DNA of 64,000 nucleotides from an uncultured Thermoplasmatales archaeon (GTDB lineage Archaea; Thermoplasmatota; E2; DHVEG-1): NCBI GenBank assembly GCA_964636235.1, contig CAZWQV010000001.1, positions 13,022 to 77,021 of the forward strand, read 5' to 3'. Shown piece by piece: positions 62,281 to 64,000 of this stretch (position 1 is its first letter; each line of letters starts with the position of its first letter). The notes under the pieces were generated by a model. It saw only the letters and a program-made list of their open reading frames with translations, ran no database searches and was not told where the DNA came from. The position numbers and the translations under genes were made by a program.

Positions 62281-62847
62281 ATGAGAAAAAAATGGATAGC
62301 CTTTACGTTAATACTTGTTATTACTGTAACAACTGCATTAACAGGATGCACGAATACATCACAAAACACAGATAACATTAACAGTGGCACATCAGAAAAT
62401 TTCAGATTTGAACTGCCAGATGGAACAGATATGGAATTGAAAGATTATCGAGGAAAAATAGTCATCCTTGATATGTGGGCAACTTGGTGTCAACCCTGTC
62501 AATATCAAATGCTTGAATTGTTAAAAGCATATCAAAATTATTCAGATAATATTGAAATATTATCAATTAATGTCGATGCATCAGAAACCAATCAAGATAT
62601 CGTTGATTTTATCGATCTATTTGCAGACTATGGATATCATTTGAATTGGGTATTCGGTAATGAAGTTGATGACACCAGCAAATATAAAATTGAACCGAAT
62701 AGCGGCATTCCATCCATTTGTTTCTTTGATAGAGAGGGAAGAATTCTCTACAAACATGTTGGAGTTATGATGTATGATACCTTTCCAGCAGGTTGGACAG
62801 GGGAAAAAATATTATTAAAGGATAAAATCGATGAATATATTAAATAA
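62281..62847 (+). CDS. Extracytoplasmic thioredoxin-fold lipoprotein (TlpA/ResA-like thiol:disulfide oxidoreductase)
   Basis: Signal peptide with lipobox-like LTGC; WATWCQPC active site. Confidence 0.68.
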   Translation: MRKKWIAFTLILVITVTTALTGCTNTSQNTDNINSGTSENFRFELPDGTDMELKDYRGKIVILDMWATWCQPCQYQMLELLKAYQNYSDNIEILSINVDASETNQDIVDFIDLFADYGYHLNWVFGNEVDDTSKYKIEPNSGIPSICFFDREGRILYKHVGVMMYDTFPAGWTGEKILLKDKIDEYIK

Positions 62848-62880
62848 AATTTAATAACCAATAAAAAATAGAAAAGAGGT

Positions 62881-63396
62881 GTGAAAAAGCATATGAAATC
62901 AGCTATTCAAAAATCTAAAACATTCAAAGAACTATTGATTTTTTTAATATTTCTTTCAATATTGACATCTGCATTAATTGTATCGGCAGCTCCAACGATT
63001 AATATCGACCCTGCAAAACCAAAACCGAAAGAAACCATTGATATAACTGTCGCCATCACAGACGTAACACCTACATCAGTTCATTTTCTAATCCAAGAAT
63101 GCGAAGGAACAAGTCTTTGTCATCAAATAGAGAATATTACTCTTACTGAAACAAGTTCAAATGTATATACTGGCTCTTTTTCCTTACAATATGCAAAGGC
63201 AACATATATGCAATATACATTAAATGTTCAGACCGCAAGTGGATGGACACAATATGATGAAAATACAAAAGTGAATCTTGATTTATCAACAACATCAGAT
63301 GGCAATGGATCTAATGATTCACCGGGATTTGAATTTATCATTATGGCATTATCAATAATATTTATATCCTTCATACTCTATAGACGTTCTAGGTAA
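62881..63396 (+). CDS. Surface protein with PGF-CTERM archaeosortase sorting signal
   Basis: Signal peptide; Ser/Thr/Asn-rich linker then PGFEFIIMALSIIFISFILYRRSR (PGF + TM helix + basic tail). Confidence 0.6.
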   Translation: MKKHMKSAIQKSKTFKELLIFLIFLSILTSALIVSAAPTINIDPAKPKPKETIDITVAITDVTPTSVHFLIQECEGTSLCHQIENITLTETSSNVYTGSFSLQYAKATYMQYTLNVQTASGWTQYDENTKVNLDLSTTSDGNGSNDSPGFEFIIMALSIIFISFILYRRSR

Positions 63397-63398
63397 AA

Positions 63399-64000
63399 AT
63401 GAAATTACAGCTTAAACGTCTATATTCACAATTTCTTTTTTTTCTATCCGCAAATTTAGGTGCTTTAGGGATTAAATCAGGGTTTTGTTATCCTTTTTTT
63501 TATTGCAATGCATGTCCCGCAGCAGATGCCGCATGTCCGTTACGTGCAATTGAGGTAGGAGTCTTTAAAGGTAATTTTAACTTAAAACTAATCATATATC
63601 CGTTTCTTATTCTTGGAATAGCAGGCGTCATTACAGGTAGAGCATTTTGTGGATGGGCATGTCCAATTGGCCTTTTACAAAGAGGTACAGAACACTCTGC
63701 AAAGAAGGTAAAGAAAAAACGATGGTTACCTAGTTTAGAAGAATCTGAACATGAGCATCAGTTACGCTACATTAAATACTTGATTTTACTGATATTTGTT
63801 GTAATAACTCCAATTTTGATAGAATTTACTTTTACGGATATTTGTCCTGTTGGAATATTAACAGGAACCATACCAACTCTTATTTTAAATCCTGGAAAAT
63901 ATGTGCCAAGCTCCTATTTTTTTCCAGCTATGTTTATTTTTACCTTATTTATCATTCTAATCTTGACTATACGAAGAGGTTGGTGTCGCTATTTTTGTCC
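63399..64000 (+). CDS. NapH/MauN/CcoG-type membrane polyferredoxin (3' end outside window)
   Basis: Repeated R-x-(F/W)-C-x-(W/Y)-x-C-P motifs (GRAFCGWACPIG, RRGWCRYFCP) and CPVG between TM helices; frame open to window end. Confidence 0.5.
   Translation, partial: MKLQLKRLYSQFLFFLSANLGALGIKSGFCYPFFYCNACPAADAACPLRAIEVGVFKGNFNLKLIIYPFLILGIAGVITGRAFCGWACPIGLLQRGTEHSAKKVKKKRWLPSLEESEHEHQLRYIKYLILLIFVVITPILIEFTFTDICPVGILTGTIPTLILNPGKYVPSSYFFPAMFIFTLFIILILTIRRGWCRYFC

Noticed and set aside
1-64000. Searched for CRISPR arrays, IS elements, transposases/integrases and rRNA genes
   Set aside because: No regularly spaced direct repeats, no transposase/integrase-like ORFs and no rRNA-like conserved segments were recognised.

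Overview
This is a 64-kb, visibly AT-rich stretch of an archaeal chromosome, most likely from an uncultivated, probably anaerobic euryarchaeon. Archaeal markers are a TATA-binding protein, a DnaG-type primase, Thi4 thiazole synthase, Taw3/TYW3, a tRNA-Thr with a 7-bp acceptor stem and no encoded CCA, and a PGF-CTERM archaeosortase sorting signal on one surface protein. The window is gene-dense. It mixes housekeeping genes (metG, purC, serC, rnhB, dus) with NAD biosynthesis (nadB, nadA, nadE) and a central-carbon island. That island holds class-I fumarase (fumA/fumB), acetyl-CoA synthetase, and a tight aconitase–ATP-citrate lyase (aclB/aclA)–monomeric isocitrate dehydrogenase operon, which looks like a reductive-TCA citrate-cleavage module. 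A contiguous bacterial-type uvrA-uvrC-uvrB nucleotide-excision cluster is followed by a MutY-like glycosylase that lacks the Fe-S cysteines. There is also a nitrosative-stress module (HxlR regulator, ferredoxin-like protein, hybrid cluster protein) and a thiol-redox/surface operon (thioredoxin, TlpA-like, PGF-CTERM protein, NapH-like polyferredoxin). A secreted-protein island holds two tandem C25 (gingipain-like) cysteine peptidases, a metzincin with Ca-binding repeats, a SOUL heme-binding protein and a bacterial-type lipocalin lipoprotein. LEA_2/WHy-repeat membrane proteins flank a PQQ-propeller/PKD protein. I saw no CRISPR array, transposase, integrase or rRNA. Two conserved genes (uvrB, nadE) lack any canonical start codon in front of their conserved N-termini. 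Two paralogous double-HTH regulators sit divergently from operons and share a 10-nt motif in their upstream regions.
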